DNA from: Nemertoderma westbladi
Taxonomy: Eukaryota; Animalia; Xenacoelomorpha
Assembly (NCBI GenBank): GCA_032718475.1
Contig: JAUCBJ010006624.1
Coordinates: 1 to 63,502 of the forward strand
Reading direction: 5' to 3'
Length of the DNA: 63,502 bases
In this document: piece after piece, positions 45,881 to 58,728 of the stretch
How positions within the stretch are numbered: position 1 is the first letter of the stretch
Layout of the letters: each line of letters begins with the position of its first letter
The notes under the pieces: model-generated
What the model was told of the DNA's origin: nothing
The model's input: only the letters and a program-made list of their open reading frames with translations
The model's database searches: none
Made by a program: the position numbers and the translations under genes

Positions 45881-47091
45881 TGTAAAAGCTTTTGCTGAAT
45901 TGTCCGGTTATTTTTCCTTATTTTTCCCGTAAAATACTCTGTAGTTGGTTTACCAGGCATAAAAAGGCCGTGTCCTTGCTGTACTGGTGTTTTAGCGGAC
46001 ATAAAAGCTATTTCTTCTGTATTTGTACTTTAGAGGACATAATCCGTAATTCCGTGACGTAAAAGCTCGATACTCTTGAAAACAGTGTCGCTACCATGAC
46101 GACGGCTAGCAGCTGATATTGCCACGTCGACGTTTCTTTGTTTCTCTGTTCTCTCGTTGTTCAGGTTGACCAATCAGAGCGTTTGTTGTCTCTGTGTTGG
46201 AGGTATATACAGAAACTCAGTAGTTCAGTGTTATGTTTTTGCCCAGAGCCTAAGAACCGGCTTTTGGCACCTCCGTGTTTTCAGTTTTTAGTCTTACACT
46301 AGTAGGTTTAATTATAAGGACATATATCCTTTAACCTGGCTTTTAATCGCTGCTAACTGATCATACATACTGACTGCTGAAACATTGCAAACTCATAACA
46401 ATCAGTGTTTTCAGTTGTTGTTTTATACTGCTATTTACTGTCAGTTCTTCATAATATGGTTGATGAATTATTATATTTGGAATAACGATAAATAACCCCG
46501 AAACCCAATATTCTTGATATACCGAAGGTAAGAGAGAAAGGTTACCAGATAACGATTGTGACTTATGTTAAAGTGGTTTGAAGTGAATCTAATGTTATTT
46601 GATAGACCCTACATGAGTCAGTCTGTGTTCCTTTTATATGTGACTAAAATCAGTGAAGATTGGCAGATTAGTGTGCAGTATTGTGCAGCATTGTGTATGA
46701 GTGAGTCTGTTAAAGAAGCAATTCCTAAAGAATGCGCCATATATGTGAATTATAATTAAGCCATATCGTTGTGAGTAGTTTAAGTCATAACTCTGTTTAT
46801 ATAGATAAAGTGCCACGTCCTAAAGGAACTGTTAATATTCCCGAAGGTGAATAATATTGTCAGAGATTATATAATACTGTCAGTCGAATAATACATTAGG
46901 CTTACATAGCAATAAAATTAAACCGTCGAACCGAATCTCCCGGGAATATCCAGCGGGTGAATGATCGCGCACAGATTGGTTTCGACTAGTGTAGTGAATC
47001 AAATACTTGTCATAGACTAAAAACCGATTTAATATCTAGAAGACATCTTAATTTGGTGGGTTAAACTGCCAAAGGTCTGAAAGCGCAAACA
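45881..47091 (+). repeat. 3' LTR of copy A (1211 bp)
   Basis: TGTAAAAGC...GCAAACA. Contains CCAAT (46170), TATATA (46204) and TCAGT initiator-like motifs. Confidence 0.93.
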
Positions 47092-48605
47092 GTGGAGCTT
47101 CGCAAATGTCGTGATCTTTGCGAAATATTTTGTGTTTACCAATACTATAGATGGAGCTTTTCAAATGTCGCGATCCTTGCGAAATATTTTGTGTTTACCA
47201 ATACTATAGGTGGAGCTTTGCAAACGTCTCGATCTTCGCGAAATATTTTGTGTTTACCAATACTATAGATGGAGCTTTTCAAATGTCGCGATCCTTGCGA
47301 AATATTTTGTGTTTACCAATACTATAGGTGGAGCTTTGCAAACGTCTCGATCTTCGCGAAATATTTTGTGTTTACCAATACTATAGATAGAGCTTCGCAA
47401 ATGTCGCTATCTTCGCGAAATATTTTGTGTTTACCAATACTATAGATAGAGCTTCGCAAATGTCGCAATCTTCGCGAAATATTTTGTGTTTACCAATACT
47501 ATAGGTGGAGCTTTGCAAACGTCTCGATCTTCGCAAAATATTTTGTGTTTACCAATACTTTAGGTGGAGCTTCGCAAACGTCATGATCTTCGTGACATAT
47601 TTTGTGTTTACCAATACTATAGGTGGAGCTTCGCAAATGTCGTGATCTTTGCGAAATATTTTGTGTTTACCAATACTATAGATGGAGCTTTGCAAACGTC
47701 TCGATCTTCGCAAAATATTTTGTGTTTACCAATACTTTAGGTGGAGCTTCGCAAACGTCTCGATCTTCGCAAAATATTTTGTGTTTACCAATACTTTAGG
47801 TGGAGCTTCGCAAACGTCATGATCTTCGTGACATATTTTGTGTTTACCAATACTATAGGTGGAGCTTTGCAAACGTCTCGATCTTCGCGAAATATTTTGT
47901 GTTTACCAATACTATAGATAGAGCTTCGCAAATGTCGCAATCTTCGCGAAATATTTTGTGTTTACCAATACTATAGATGGAGCTTCGCAAATGTCGTGAT
48001 CTTTGCGAAATATTTTGTGTTTACCAATACTATAGGTGGAACTTCGCAAATGTCGCGATCTTCGCGATATTTTGTGTTTACCAATACTATAGATAGAGCT
48101 TTTCAAATGTCGCGATCCTTGCGAAATATTTTGTGTTTACCAATACTATAGGTGGAGCTTCGCAAATGTCGCGATCTTCGCGAAATATTTTGTGTTTAAC
48201 AATACTATAGGTGGAGCTTCGCAAATGTCGCGATCTTTGCGAAATATTTTGTGTTTAACAATACTATAGGTGGAGCTTCGCAAATGTCGCAATCTTCGCG
48301 AAATATTTTGTGTTTACCAATACTATAGATAGAGCTTCGCAAATGTCACAATCTTCGCGAAATATTTTGTGTTTACCAATACTATAGGTGGAGCTTTGCA
48401 AACGTCTCGATCTTCGCAAAATATTTTGTGTTTACCAATACTTTAGGTGGAGCTTCGCAAACGTCATGATCTTCGTGACATATTTTGTGTTTACCAATAC
48501 TATAGGTGGAGCTTTGCAAACGTCTCGATCTTCGCGAAATATTTTGTGTTTACCAATACTATAGATAGAGCTTCGCAAATGTCGCAATCTTCGCGAAATA
48601 TTTTG
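47092..48605. repeat. 59-bp satellite, left part (GTGGAGCTTCGCAAATGTCGCGATCTTCGCGAAATATTTTGTGTTTACCAATACTATAG)n
   Basis: Period of 59 (47121, 47180, 47239), about 25 copies. Confidence 0.97.
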
Positions 48606-49803
48606 TGTTCGCGCTTTCAGACCTTTGGCAGTTTAACCCGCCAAATTAGGATGTCTTCTAGATAATAAATCACCTTTAGCCTATGACAAGTATTTAATTC
48701 ACTACACTAGTCGAAACCAATCTGTGCGCGATCATTCACCCGCTGGATATACCCGGGAGATTGGGTTCGACGGCTTAATTTTATTGCTATGTAAGCCTAA
48801 TGTATTATTCGACTGACAGTATTATATAATCTCTGACAATATTATTCACCTTCGGGGAATATTAACAGTTCCTTTAGGACGTGGCGCTCTATCTATATAA
48901 ACAGAGTTATGACTTAAACTACTCACAACGATATGGCTTAGTTATAATTCACATATATGGCGCATTCTTTAGGAAATGCTTCGTTATCAGTCTCACTCAT
49001 ACACAATGCTGCACAATACTGCACACTAATCTGCCGATCTTCACTGATTTTAGTCACATATAAAAGGAACACGGACCGAATCATGTAGGGTCTATCAAAT
49101 AACATTAGATTCACTTCAAACCACTCAACATAGGTCGCAATCATTTATCTGTAACCCTTCTCTCTTACCTTCGGTATATCAAGAATATTGGGTTTTCGGG
49201 GTTATTTGTCGTTATTCCAAATATAATAATTCATCAACCATATTATGAAGAACCGACAGTAAATAGCAGTATAACAATATAAAGTATGCACAGGTTGTTT
49301 GATTAGGTATGGTATGTTATGTTGTGATAAATGCAGTGATCAGACATCAGATAACGGATATATGTCCTTATAATTAAGCCTACTAGTGTAGGACTAAAAA
49401 CTGAAAACACGGAGGTGCCAAAAGCCGGTTCTTAGGCTCTGGGCAAAACATAACACTGAACTACTGAGTTTCTGTATACACCTCTAACACAGAGACAACA
49501 AACGCTCTGATTGGTCAACCTGAACAACGAGAGAACAAAGAAACAAAGAAACGTCGACGTGGCAATATCAGCTGCTAGCCGTCGTCATGGTAGCGACACT
49601 GTTTTCAAGAGTATCGAGCTTTTACGTCACGGAATTACGGATTATGTCCTCTAAAGTACAAATACAGAAGAAATAGCTTTTATGTCCGCTAAAACACCAG
49701 TACAGCAAGGACACGGCCTTTTTATGCCTGGTAAACCAACTACAGAGTATTTTACGGGAAAAATAAGGAAAAATAACCGGACAATTCAGCAAAAGCTTTT
49801 ACA
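48606..49803 (-). repeat. 3' LTR of copy B (1198 bp)
   Basis: TG...CA termini on the minus strand with the PPT at 49804-49811. Confidence 0.93.
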
Positions 49804-50861
49804 CCGCTCCCAGAAAATGGGATTTTCAGTCTATAAAATATAAAAATCACAGTTTCTAAAACATAAAGATACTCTAAACAGTTAGTCTTTCTTACGCAGA
49901 CGGCGTTTACGCAGTTTTTTGAGGCTAGCAAGAGTCTTTTTCTCTTTGGGGGGAGCCACTTTACTAGGAGGGCCATAACTCCTGGGTGAAGGGTGCAATA
50001 TGATTGCATCAGAAGGTGTAGGATTGTGGTCGAGGTATCTGCCGTTTCGATATGCTTCTCCTCGAGCTGATTTTCCTCCGCTCGTAGCTGGATACGTTCA
50101 TCCAAAAACTCTCGCAGAGAATAGGATCGTCCAAGTTCGATAACTTCTTAGAGATTCTGGATTTCCCAATCGAATTGAGATAAGGCCAATTCGTTTATCG
50201 ATTGGACTTACTGTTATAACTTACGTTTATCTGAACAAACGCAGGTTTCCTTTTTGATCTTTATAGAATAGCGTTTAACTCGTTTCGTACAACGCTCTCC
50301 TTCACCTTGATGAGGGGTTGTATCGCGTTAAACGTGGACGACCATACGGTTGGATAGTGATATTAGGTGTCCGCGTCACAATCCGGCTAGGTAAGATGGG
50401 CGGCTAGCTAGAAATCACTGTCGGAGTGTTACCGATTAATTGTTAGGGTAGCACTAGATCTTTGAACAGTGAATACAGTCCGCGAGGATCCGCGACACCA
50501 CCAGGATCGCAGGTCTGAGGTCCAACTAAGGAATGAGGAGGTTTGACCGAGTATTCCGGGACTCTGATCGTAGGTTTACTCCAGGATCGTTCGAGCCGAG
50601 TGAGCATAGGTGATACGTCAACAAGTTTCGGTTTACGTGGATGTTTATGTCTTTCCGTTTATTAGTTGGGTCTAGGGCATTTATCGTAATAATACCAAAG
50701 ACGCACGTCTGGTAGGGTAAACGCGGGTGATATTTATTTGTTGTTACAATGCTTCTATCAAGAATTCCAAATATACGTTGGAGTTACCGCGTCCATTTGT
50801 TTCTTTAGTGTCTTTTCTTTCGAGTCGATTTCGAATAGAATTTTCGCATTCGAATTTCAGT

Positions 50862-51167
50862 TTATGGTTCCGACTCCGCTGGGCAGGATATATAGTCGAC
50901 ATAGTCCGTATTGTGTAAATCGATAGGATGACCAGTAGTTAAGAAGCCCATATACATACCATTACGCTGCGTATATCGAGCAGCGAATTTTCTATAGTCC
51001 AACTCACGCGTGAGCTGCTCTTGGGACATTGGCGGTTCGATATAACGACCATCGTCCTCCGCAGCAGTTGGACTAACGTCGCCGCGTATTAAGCTATCAA
51101 CAAACGCTTGTAAAAGTAGAGTATATCGCTCCCCGATACCAAGACCATCTTCTATCAACTCCGTCAT
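50862..51167 (-). CDS. Possible small accessory ORF in the 3' region (MTELIEDGLG..., 101 aa)
   Basis: Intact with ATG in copy B. The ATG is lost in copy A (about 44470-44775) and the ORF is frameshifted in copy C (268-570). No recognisable domain. Confidence 0.35.
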   Translation of the reverse strand: MTELIEDGLGIGERYTLLLQAFVDSLIRGDVSPTAAEDDGRYIEPPMSQEQLTRELDYRKFAARYTQRNGMYMGFLTTGHPIDLHNTDYVDYISCPAESEP

Positions 51168-52640
51168 ATCTGCTATATATGAGTTTATCCATATTATAAT
51201 GAGTTTATATTTAGGCGAGCGGGCGTCGCTGCCTACCCCAATCAACCCCGGACAGTACGAGATCCTCAGCGCCGATGTGTCGTCGCCGCTGTACTTTCGC
51301 CAACGACGTAGCCGCACAACGACAACGACAACCGGCACAAGTCACTCAACTGTCCGTCCCAAAGGCTTAGATGTACTTCAGGTTTTCCTTGGAGAGTTAG
51401 GTTACTTTTACGATTGCGACTAGCTACTGTAAACACACTTTAGCAGTAACATTCACCTATAAACTCACAAATACCACACAACTGGTCACAACTACACACA
51501 TTCGGGCCATTTGTCCGTTAGTCAATGCCTTCCAGAATGTCACTGTATTATTATGTATCCCTGGATACTAGTAGTGCGCTATTTATTCCCTATGCTATTC
51601 AATGGGACAAGCTTTCTATTGTTCTTTTAACTCAATTCTAATTCTAGCGTGGTTGTTGCTATGGTGACATTATGCAAAGCTAGCGGTAGAATTAGGGTAA
51701 TTCCAATGCATACAGATCTGGGATGTTATTTAATAGTATTCTTTAATAGTCAATGTTCTGTTTTATACATGACTTTATGAATTTTATCGGCTATTGACTA
51801 TGTTTGGGAGACTTTCACACACTCATACGCATAATAAGATAAATCTCCGCTCCCTTGATCTATTAATTAATGGAATTTTGGGAATGTTATAAATTGCGTA
51901 AAAATGGCAATTTATTAAATTCATTAAGAGACATGAATTTAAATTTATTCCCTGAAATTTTATTATTTGATAATTAAATTGACATATTTTGATTCTAGAA
52001 CATGTCTGGGAACGCAAGATCCTTAATTCTATGACAATTGTCTTTTTAAGGATATCGGTAAATGCTACGATATCTTAATTGACTAGAATTGTTGAAGGAT
52101 CTGAATTTTACAGATTTTGACTTATTAGATTTGCAAATATTAAATAATTAATATTTGAGATGGGCACCGATTTATTCCAGAACTTGTCTGGGGACGTTAA
52201 CCACTGATTCTAGAATTTGTCTTTCAAGTATATCGGTGGGTGCCGCGATATCTTAATCGACTAGAATTACAGATGGTCAAAGGGTTTAACAGATTTATTT
52301 TGCGTGATACGCTACTGTTAAAGGGACATCACGCTACTATATGTATTATTTAATATACGGTATGAGAGCAATATCGCACGAAGCAATGTCAGTGTGAAGA
52401 GGCAAGTCGTTTCCAAGGTCTACCCAGAGCTTGGTTTAGCCGAGACACGAGGATCTGAACTTTGCATTCCTAATACTCTGCCTACCAATAATACTTAAAT
52501 ATAGTAGTGGCTTTATTGTACTTTAATAAGTACGGACATTTCATCTTACTGTAGTTACGTATTTATAATATAATACGGACAGTAAGGAAAGAGAAAAAAT
52601 AATTATTTCTTCGCCGTCTCGCTAAATATAATATAAGTAA

Positions 52641-55600
52641 TTACGTACGTAATAAACACGAATATATTGCACATGTTTGAAGGATTAGGGAGGTGGTCGT
52701 GGGAAGAGAATCTTGCCTTCCACAGTTTCCGGAGAGTCCCCCATTCCCTTCCGGTAAACACAAACGACCGACTGGGTGATTGAGTCGCTGCATCCCGAAT
52801 ACAATTCCAGGTTTCCTCTTCGTCCTGGAATAGTGACGATAGAAACATCGCTCTAGGTACACGACGGCCTTACAAAGCCGATTCCAGGAGCTATAGTGGT
52901 CCGTCGCTCCCTGCAGGAGAGGTGAGAGTCCCTGCGAGACGTCTGATGTTCCAGAGCTCCAATCGCTCTCTCTGATCTTCATGAAGGATCCACTCGCGGT
53001 GGGGAGGTCCAGATCCACGGCGTCGTCCCTGGCAATATGTAATACCGACAGATCTATCCCGGGTTCAAATAACTCCGATCCACCCGTCCAGGTTTTAGGT
53101 TTGACTTTCTCCGCTCCCTTGGCTGGTCTAATCTCAGTCGGAGTAAGATGGGGAGGCTGTTCATCCTCCTTACTCAGGAAGTCGGGTTCACCTAACCGGT
53201 CTGTAGTATCTGTCAGTTCTTGAGGAGTTGCTCCTCTGGAAGCGATGTCAGTTGGATTAAACTTCTTGGGGCAATATCTCCATTGATCTACATTGGAGCT
53301 AATATTGTCATTATCTGAGGAGTATGGTGTTCCCTCAGTTGGGTCGTCTCCCTCACTAGTATCATCTTCCCATTCACTCACCTGGCAGACGCGATCTTGA
53401 AGCAGTCTTTCTCTGAGCGTTCTTCGGGAAGGTCCAGTAAGGTACCAACCAACTCTAGTTCTTACCGCATAGGTCTGAAGTGGTTGCGGTTGAGTAGGTC
53501 GTTTCTCTAATGTCTCCAGCGCCTCATGCGCGTTTTGGCCGATGAGTATTTGCACTCCAGGATAATCAGTCTGGAATCGAGGTATCTTAAGATGTTGGAT
53601 ACTCTCATCCTCGTCCCAATTATAAAGGTCTGCTTGAGTAGTAGCGAAGTTCTTTATTGCCACCATTTTGACTGACCTTATACTGTGTTCTTCTAGTTTA
53701 TCCTGTGGAGTGGACAACTCACCTATATAATAGTCGGCAGCCACAGCAGATTTCCAAACCTGCATGATCCCTGACATGTTTAGCTTGGTTCGGAACTTGG
53801 GTTGTCCAGCAAAGATGTCTTCGGCTAGTTCTTTATCGATGAATGTTCCTGTGCTGCCGGAGTCCAGGAGGGCGTTCACTATATAGCTCTTCTGAGGTCC
53901 GTGGACCCGTAACTGGACTACAGGAAATTCTCGGATTCCTATATTGGAAGTTGGCGCTTTCCAAGATGGTTGTTGATCGGAAGTAGTTAGGGTGAGGTCG
54001 CTGTCTGTGTCTTTCTCGTACATGAGTGCTCGATACACTGCGGTGGTGTTTATTAAGTAACAGGATTCGTTTTCGTCGGAGAACTCGTCCGTATAGAATC
54101 CTTCCATCTCAGATTGATCAGTGTCGTTCACATCACTGAATTGGACATGTAGTTCGGAATCACTCACCTGACTCGGGCTGTTTCGTTCGAATTCCGTGTG
54201 CAACAAGATATGATGTTTTGCGCCGCACTTTGCACACCTTGCGTCGGAGTAACAGGTTCGCCGTTGGTGTCCTCGTCTGAGGCAATTATAACACAACCGC
54301 TTATCCCACATGACTTCACGTCTATCCTTTAGTGATTTCCTCAGGAATTTATCACACGCATTTAAACGGTGGGGCCCGTCGCACAGCACACATTTCGGCT
54401 TGATGTTACTTACTTTAACCTGTGCTATGTGGTGCACACTTGTTCTTTCCTCGGGCTTTCTCACCTGAATTCTTTTAGGAGACGTAGGAGGGGTTTTTTG
54501 TAACGGTTCCCTTCTGTCATTGGGTCGAGACTTGGATTTACTTACCTGGTCTTTAGGCGTTTTATTGACATAATAAGATCTTTCAGTGTCTTTCCCGCTG
54601 TCCTCTCCTTGAGAGGTTTGGCTTTCGCCGTCGTCTGTATAACACACTGGTGTTACCCTTCTCCTAGAAACGGGTTTCTCACTTACCTTGTTTTCCAGTG
54701 TCTTCTCTCTGGACTGCCTTAGGAGCTGTAATTTCACTTCTCCATCTAAGAATGACATGAGATCAGCCATGGTAGGGTCTCGTCGTTGTTGTTCCATCAT
54801 ATATAACACCTTCTTGTCCCAGCGTGTACCTACTCCACCCTTGGGCAAAGTAGATGCTAAGGCTCCTACAACCATAGAATTCTGGTATTCATGAGACTTA
54901 CCTAACCAATCTAGTTGTCTACAGATCTCCTGAATCTCATCGGAAAACTCTATAATCCCGCTGCTAAGAAACTTTCGGGGTGCCATTAATTTCGCATATA
55001 AATACCTAGCTATGTTAGTCCTATTACCATACCTGATGTTTAGTGTATCCCAAACTTGTCTTAATCCATCTGGATGTCCAATAAATTTTAACGCCATTGA
55101 CTTGGGAGATCCTTCCAAGCACTCGATGAGGTATCTAAGTTTTTCTCCATTAGATAGTACAGAGTTCTGTATGTTATCTTTGTAATATTCATTAAAAGGT
55201 AACCATTTCATCTCATCTCCATTGAATTTGACTATCTCTCCCACCTTCACTGCTTGACGGGCTTCGGTTCTAGCCATTTGACGCGTAAAACTTTCTTGGG
55301 CCATCGTGTTATTTAATATCGAGTTATCGGTATATAAATTTCTCGGATTATGATCAGGTCTATAGGGAATGTCATTATCAACAGGTCTATAATTACCCTT
55401 AATAGGGTTCACTATAGGAGTTTCTACTTCGCTAGCAGTATAGATGCGTGTAGGCTCCACACCTTGCGCATGAGATACTTCAGACCTAACAGGTTGACAC
55501 ATTGTTACAGGGGGTGGTGGTATACCCTTTTGTAAATTTACTAATTTATCGCGCTCTAGCGCGATATTTTGCTGCACTTCTTGCAACTCTAACTTACTTT

Positions 55601-56744
55601 CCCTCACTGTTCCCTTTAAATGTTGGACAGTCCCTTCCAACTCTCGGACCTGTTGGGAGGAGCGTATCCGATTCTCCTTCATCTCTCCGAGGAGAATATC
55701 CATCCCCCGCCGTCTCTCGTCTACCCAATCAACCGCCGAAACGGGATCCGCCAACGTCGTAGCGGGCAGACGAGGGACAACGGGCGACAAATTTGGAATA
55801 TTTCGCTCGGGGTCCAGGACCTGAACTGTCTCCTGGGCAGTTCTACGGGGCACAGGTAGCTTAGTGCTATGCAGAGGGAATTTATAGGTAGCTTCAGGGA
55901 GCACAGGTGTATCTATTACCGAAGGGGTGATTTCAAGAACAGGCCTACTTATTTCAGGCTCATCTACTATAGTAGGGAGTCTTTCTATTGTAATTATTTG
56001 GTCTGTGGGTTCTGTACTCTCTAAGTTGGTGTTATTTAGTTGCCTTCTAACAGCTGGAGGCAAATCAGGCAATTTCTGACGGTGGAATGTTCTTTTACGT
56101 CTGCTTAGGCGGGATCGATTTCCTCCGCCTTCAGTGTCGGTGGTATCGCCTTCCTCAGATGATGTATAACCTTGTCGTTTGGGAGTAGATCGATTCATCA
56201 TCTGCATATTACTAGCTGTTAACTGTTTATTAAAGTTATCTTGCCTCTCTTGAAGATTTTCCAACTCTAGTTGGGTTGTCTCTTCAGATGCCCTCCGTTC
56301 TGCTTCTGCCACTGCTATCTTTCTTTCCGCTTCTGCCGCTGCCGCTTTTATTGCTGCAGCTGCCGCTTTTGCCTCTGCCGCTGCCTCTGCTGCCTTTCTT
56401 TCCGCTTCTGCCGCTGTCACTGCCGCTGCTGCTGTCTTTCTATCTTCTATACGTTTTTTCTTTACTTGTTCTTCTTGAACCTTGGCGATGCGGAGTTGTT
56501 CATCGAATTTAGCTTGGTTCGCCGCTAACCTATCCACATCAATTGCATCTAACACAAGTTTGGCTCCTTCGCTGTTAGGGCTAAGTCCCTCCAGCCTTCT
56601 CCTCAACTCGTCATCTCCTAAAAAACGCTGATAGTCTGACAGATAGATGTCAATGGCATCCCTCTTATGCGGTTTCTCTGCTGTCACTTCGCTCTCGGTT
56701 GTATCTAGTAGACTGTCTGACAGGTTTTGCTTTGCGTCAGACAT
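52641..56744 (-). CDS. Internally deleted BEL polyprotein, 1367 aa: Gag plus protease, lacking RT, most of RNase H and integrase
   Basis: Aligns to copy A with three large in-frame deletions. Keeps the capsid region, the triple knuckle and LLDSGS. Confidence 0.93.
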   Translation of the reverse strand: MSDAKQNLSDSLLDTTESEVTAEKPHKRDAIDIYLSDYQRFLGDDELRRRLEGLSPNSEGAKLVLDAIDVDRLAANQAKFDEQLRIAKVQEEQVKKKRIEDRKTAAAAVTAAEAERKAAEAAAEAKAAAAAIKAAAAEAERKIAVAEAERRASEETTQLELENLQERQDNFNKQLTASNMQMMNRSTPKRQGYTSSEEGDTTDTEGGGNRSRLSRRKRTFHRQKLPDLPPAVRRQLNNTNLESTEPTDQIITIERLPTIVDEPEISRPVLEITPSVIDTPVLPEATYKFPLHSTKLPVPRRTAQETVQVLDPERNIPNLSPVVPRLPATTLADPVSAVDWVDERRRGMDILLGEMKENRIRSSQQVRELEGTVQHLKGTVRESKLELQEVQQNIALERDKLVNLQKGIPPPPVTMCQPVRSEVSHAQGVEPTRIYTASEVETPIVNPIKGNYRPVDNDIPYRPDHNPRNLYTDNSILNNTMAQESFTRQMARTEARQAVKVGEIVKFNGDEMKWLPFNEYYKDNIQNSVLSNGEKLRYLIECLEGSPKSMALKFIGHPDGLRQVWDTLNIRYGNRTNIARYLYAKLMAPRKFLSSGIIEFSDEIQEICRQLDWLGKSHEYQNSMVVGALASTLPKGGVGTRWDKKVLYMMEQQRRDPTMADLMSFLDGEVKLQLLRQSREKTLENKVSEKPVSRRRVTPVCYTDDGESQTSQGEDSGKDTERSYYVNKTPKDQVSKSKSRPNDRREPLQKTPPTSPKRIQVRKPEERTSVHHIAQVKVSNIKPKCVLCDGPHRLNACDKFLRKSLKDRREVMWDKRLCYNCLRRGHQRRTCYSDARCAKCGAKHHILLHTEFERNSPSQVSDSELHVQFSDVNDTDQSEMEGFYTDEFSDENESCYLINTTAVYRALMYEKDTDSDLTLTTSDQQPSWKAPTSNIGIREFPVVQLRVHGPQKSYIVNALLDSGSTGTFIDKELAEDIFAGQPKFRTKLNMSGIMQVWKSAVAADYYIGELSTPQDKLEEHSIRSVKMVAIKNFATTQADLYNWDEDESIQHLKIPRFQTDYPGVQILIGQNAHEALETLEKRPTQPQPLQTYAVRTRVGWYLTGPSRRTLRERLLQDRVCQVSEWEDDTSEGDDPTEGTPYSSDNDNISSNVDQWRYCPKKFNPTDIASRGATPQELTDTTDRLGEPDFLSKEDEQPPHLTPTEIRPAKGAEKVKPKTWTGGSELFEPGIDLSVLHIARDDAVDLDLPTASGSFMKIRESDWSSGTSDVSQGLSPLLQGATDHYSSWNRLCKAVVYLERCFYRHYSRTKRKPGIVFGMQRLNHPVGRLCLPEGNGGLSGNCGRQDSLPTTTSLILQTCAIYSCLLRT

Positions 56745-58728
56745 GCTTATGTGTACAGTTGAATGTCTACTGCTGTATTACAGTCTGTGCAAGTCTAGTA
56801 ACTCAGTATCACTGTTAGCCTAGTAATTAATTACCGATACTGCTACTCAGTGTAGCGTGATATATATATAATATATTAGAATACTGGTATGCTTATAGTA
56901 TATATAAGTATTATTACAAACTAGTTTATCACATGGGGATTCACAGAATACCGGTAGGTAATTTTAGCACAAATATATATAAATATATAATAGGCCTATC
57001 GTGAATACTGGTATGCAGTTTACACTTATAGTGTATATATATAAGTATAATTACAGACTAGAATTAATTACAGAATACCGGTATGATTTCAACCTAAAAT
57101 TTATAGAAATAAATATAATAAGCCTATTGTAAATACCGGTATGTCAATTATTTTAGAATAATTGAATTTCTGAATTTTAAGGGAAGGGTTACTTGGTTAC
57201 CTTAACTTACTTTATTGCCGTTATTTAAGCAGTAGTCCAACTGATATTGAGACCTAATGGTTGTATGGTAGGCCTACGATTTATAAATCGTTAGATTTGA
57301 TTTATAATATATATATACCCGTTTAATGGGTTTTGTCAATGTTGAAATAAATGTTATTATTTCTGGGGGTAATCACTACACAAAGCGGTACGCTTTCAGT
57401 GAAGTGTTACGTACAGGACACTAAAACAAATGATTCTAATTTACCTAAGTTACTTAATACTACAAATTACGTACAATTCGGGTGAGATTACAATCTCTAA
57501 ATAAACACAAAAAATTTACAAAAACACAAAATACGAAATTTCAGGGTAATTTTACAAGAAGTCTACAAACCAGCCTAACAAAGGGTTAGAATCTGGTTAT
57601 TACAACGGACAGGGTACTGCGGTATTTGAAAATAATACGTAGTAGTAAATACACTGCGTTGTCCAGATAGGAAAATACCACCGCCTGACGACCTATAGCC
57701 GTATCGCTATAGGTTCTACGTTATGTATCACGGAGTGTTCCTACCTAGAAGTTAATAGAGCTAATCGAACGTGCCTATCAACCACTTTACAACACAAATA
57801 TAATGCCTACACTAATTACTTTCGGAAAGCACTGTACACTAAACCCTAAATTAGGTACGAGTACTTGTATAACATATAATCTGTAGTTAAATATACTTGA
57901 ACAGCTAAAAGAACCACGGCATCTGCTGGAGTGACCGATGCACAAAATCACCAGTCTTTACCTACGCCAAGCAGCCCGTGTAGTACCGGGGTTAATTTAA
58001 CTATAGCGGTATGTATAACAAACACAATTACTGTAGGAACAAACTTGGGGAATGAATGTTGCGAATAATCACATAAACTCTGAATAATAAATATTACGCT
58101 ACGCGTACAAACTACTCAAACAAAATGCAGACCAAACACTGACAGACTACTATCAAGCCTAAACAAACTACGGTATATGCAGACTCCGAAATAATTAGGT
58201 AGTATGCGTTCTAACCCAGTAGTACGACTTATTCTTTAATTGGGGGTTTACCTTACAGCATTCGCTGCCCCTACTTCCTAACCGTTCTTTATCGGACAAG
58301 TGATCTACACACGCTGCAATCCGCTCAGGCCCAATAACAGCCAGACAACTATCCAGCCTACAAATTGTCTGTACAATCTGATCAGGCTTACACGCCTTCT
58401 GTTCAATACTGGCCTACAAACAAATAAAACTTGACAGAAATAAGTAAAAATCTCAATAAAAAACCAGGGCGGCCTTTCCCTGATTAAGTACTAAGACCTA
58501 CCGGTATATAATTATCAAAATCGAATAATACTAATGTACTTATACTGGAAGTACCGGTTAGGACAGTTGGGCCTACGGACCTACAGAAGTACCGGTTCTG
58601 GTAGTTGGACCTACGGACCTACGGCAGTACCGGTTCTGGCGGTTGGGCCTACTGACCTAATGAAGTACCGTTCAGGTTTACCGGTTGACCGGTACTTACA
58701 ACTTTATTGCTTACTGCAATAAAGAAGC

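Larger units (their letters stand above)
31341..47091 (+). mobile_element. BEL/Pao LTR retrotransposon copy A, coding-intact, with a rearranged 5' LTR and no TSD
   Basis: LTR fragment, 2.2-kb leader, single gag-pol ORF, 3-kb 3' region, PPT and a full 3' LTR. Confidence 0.93.
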
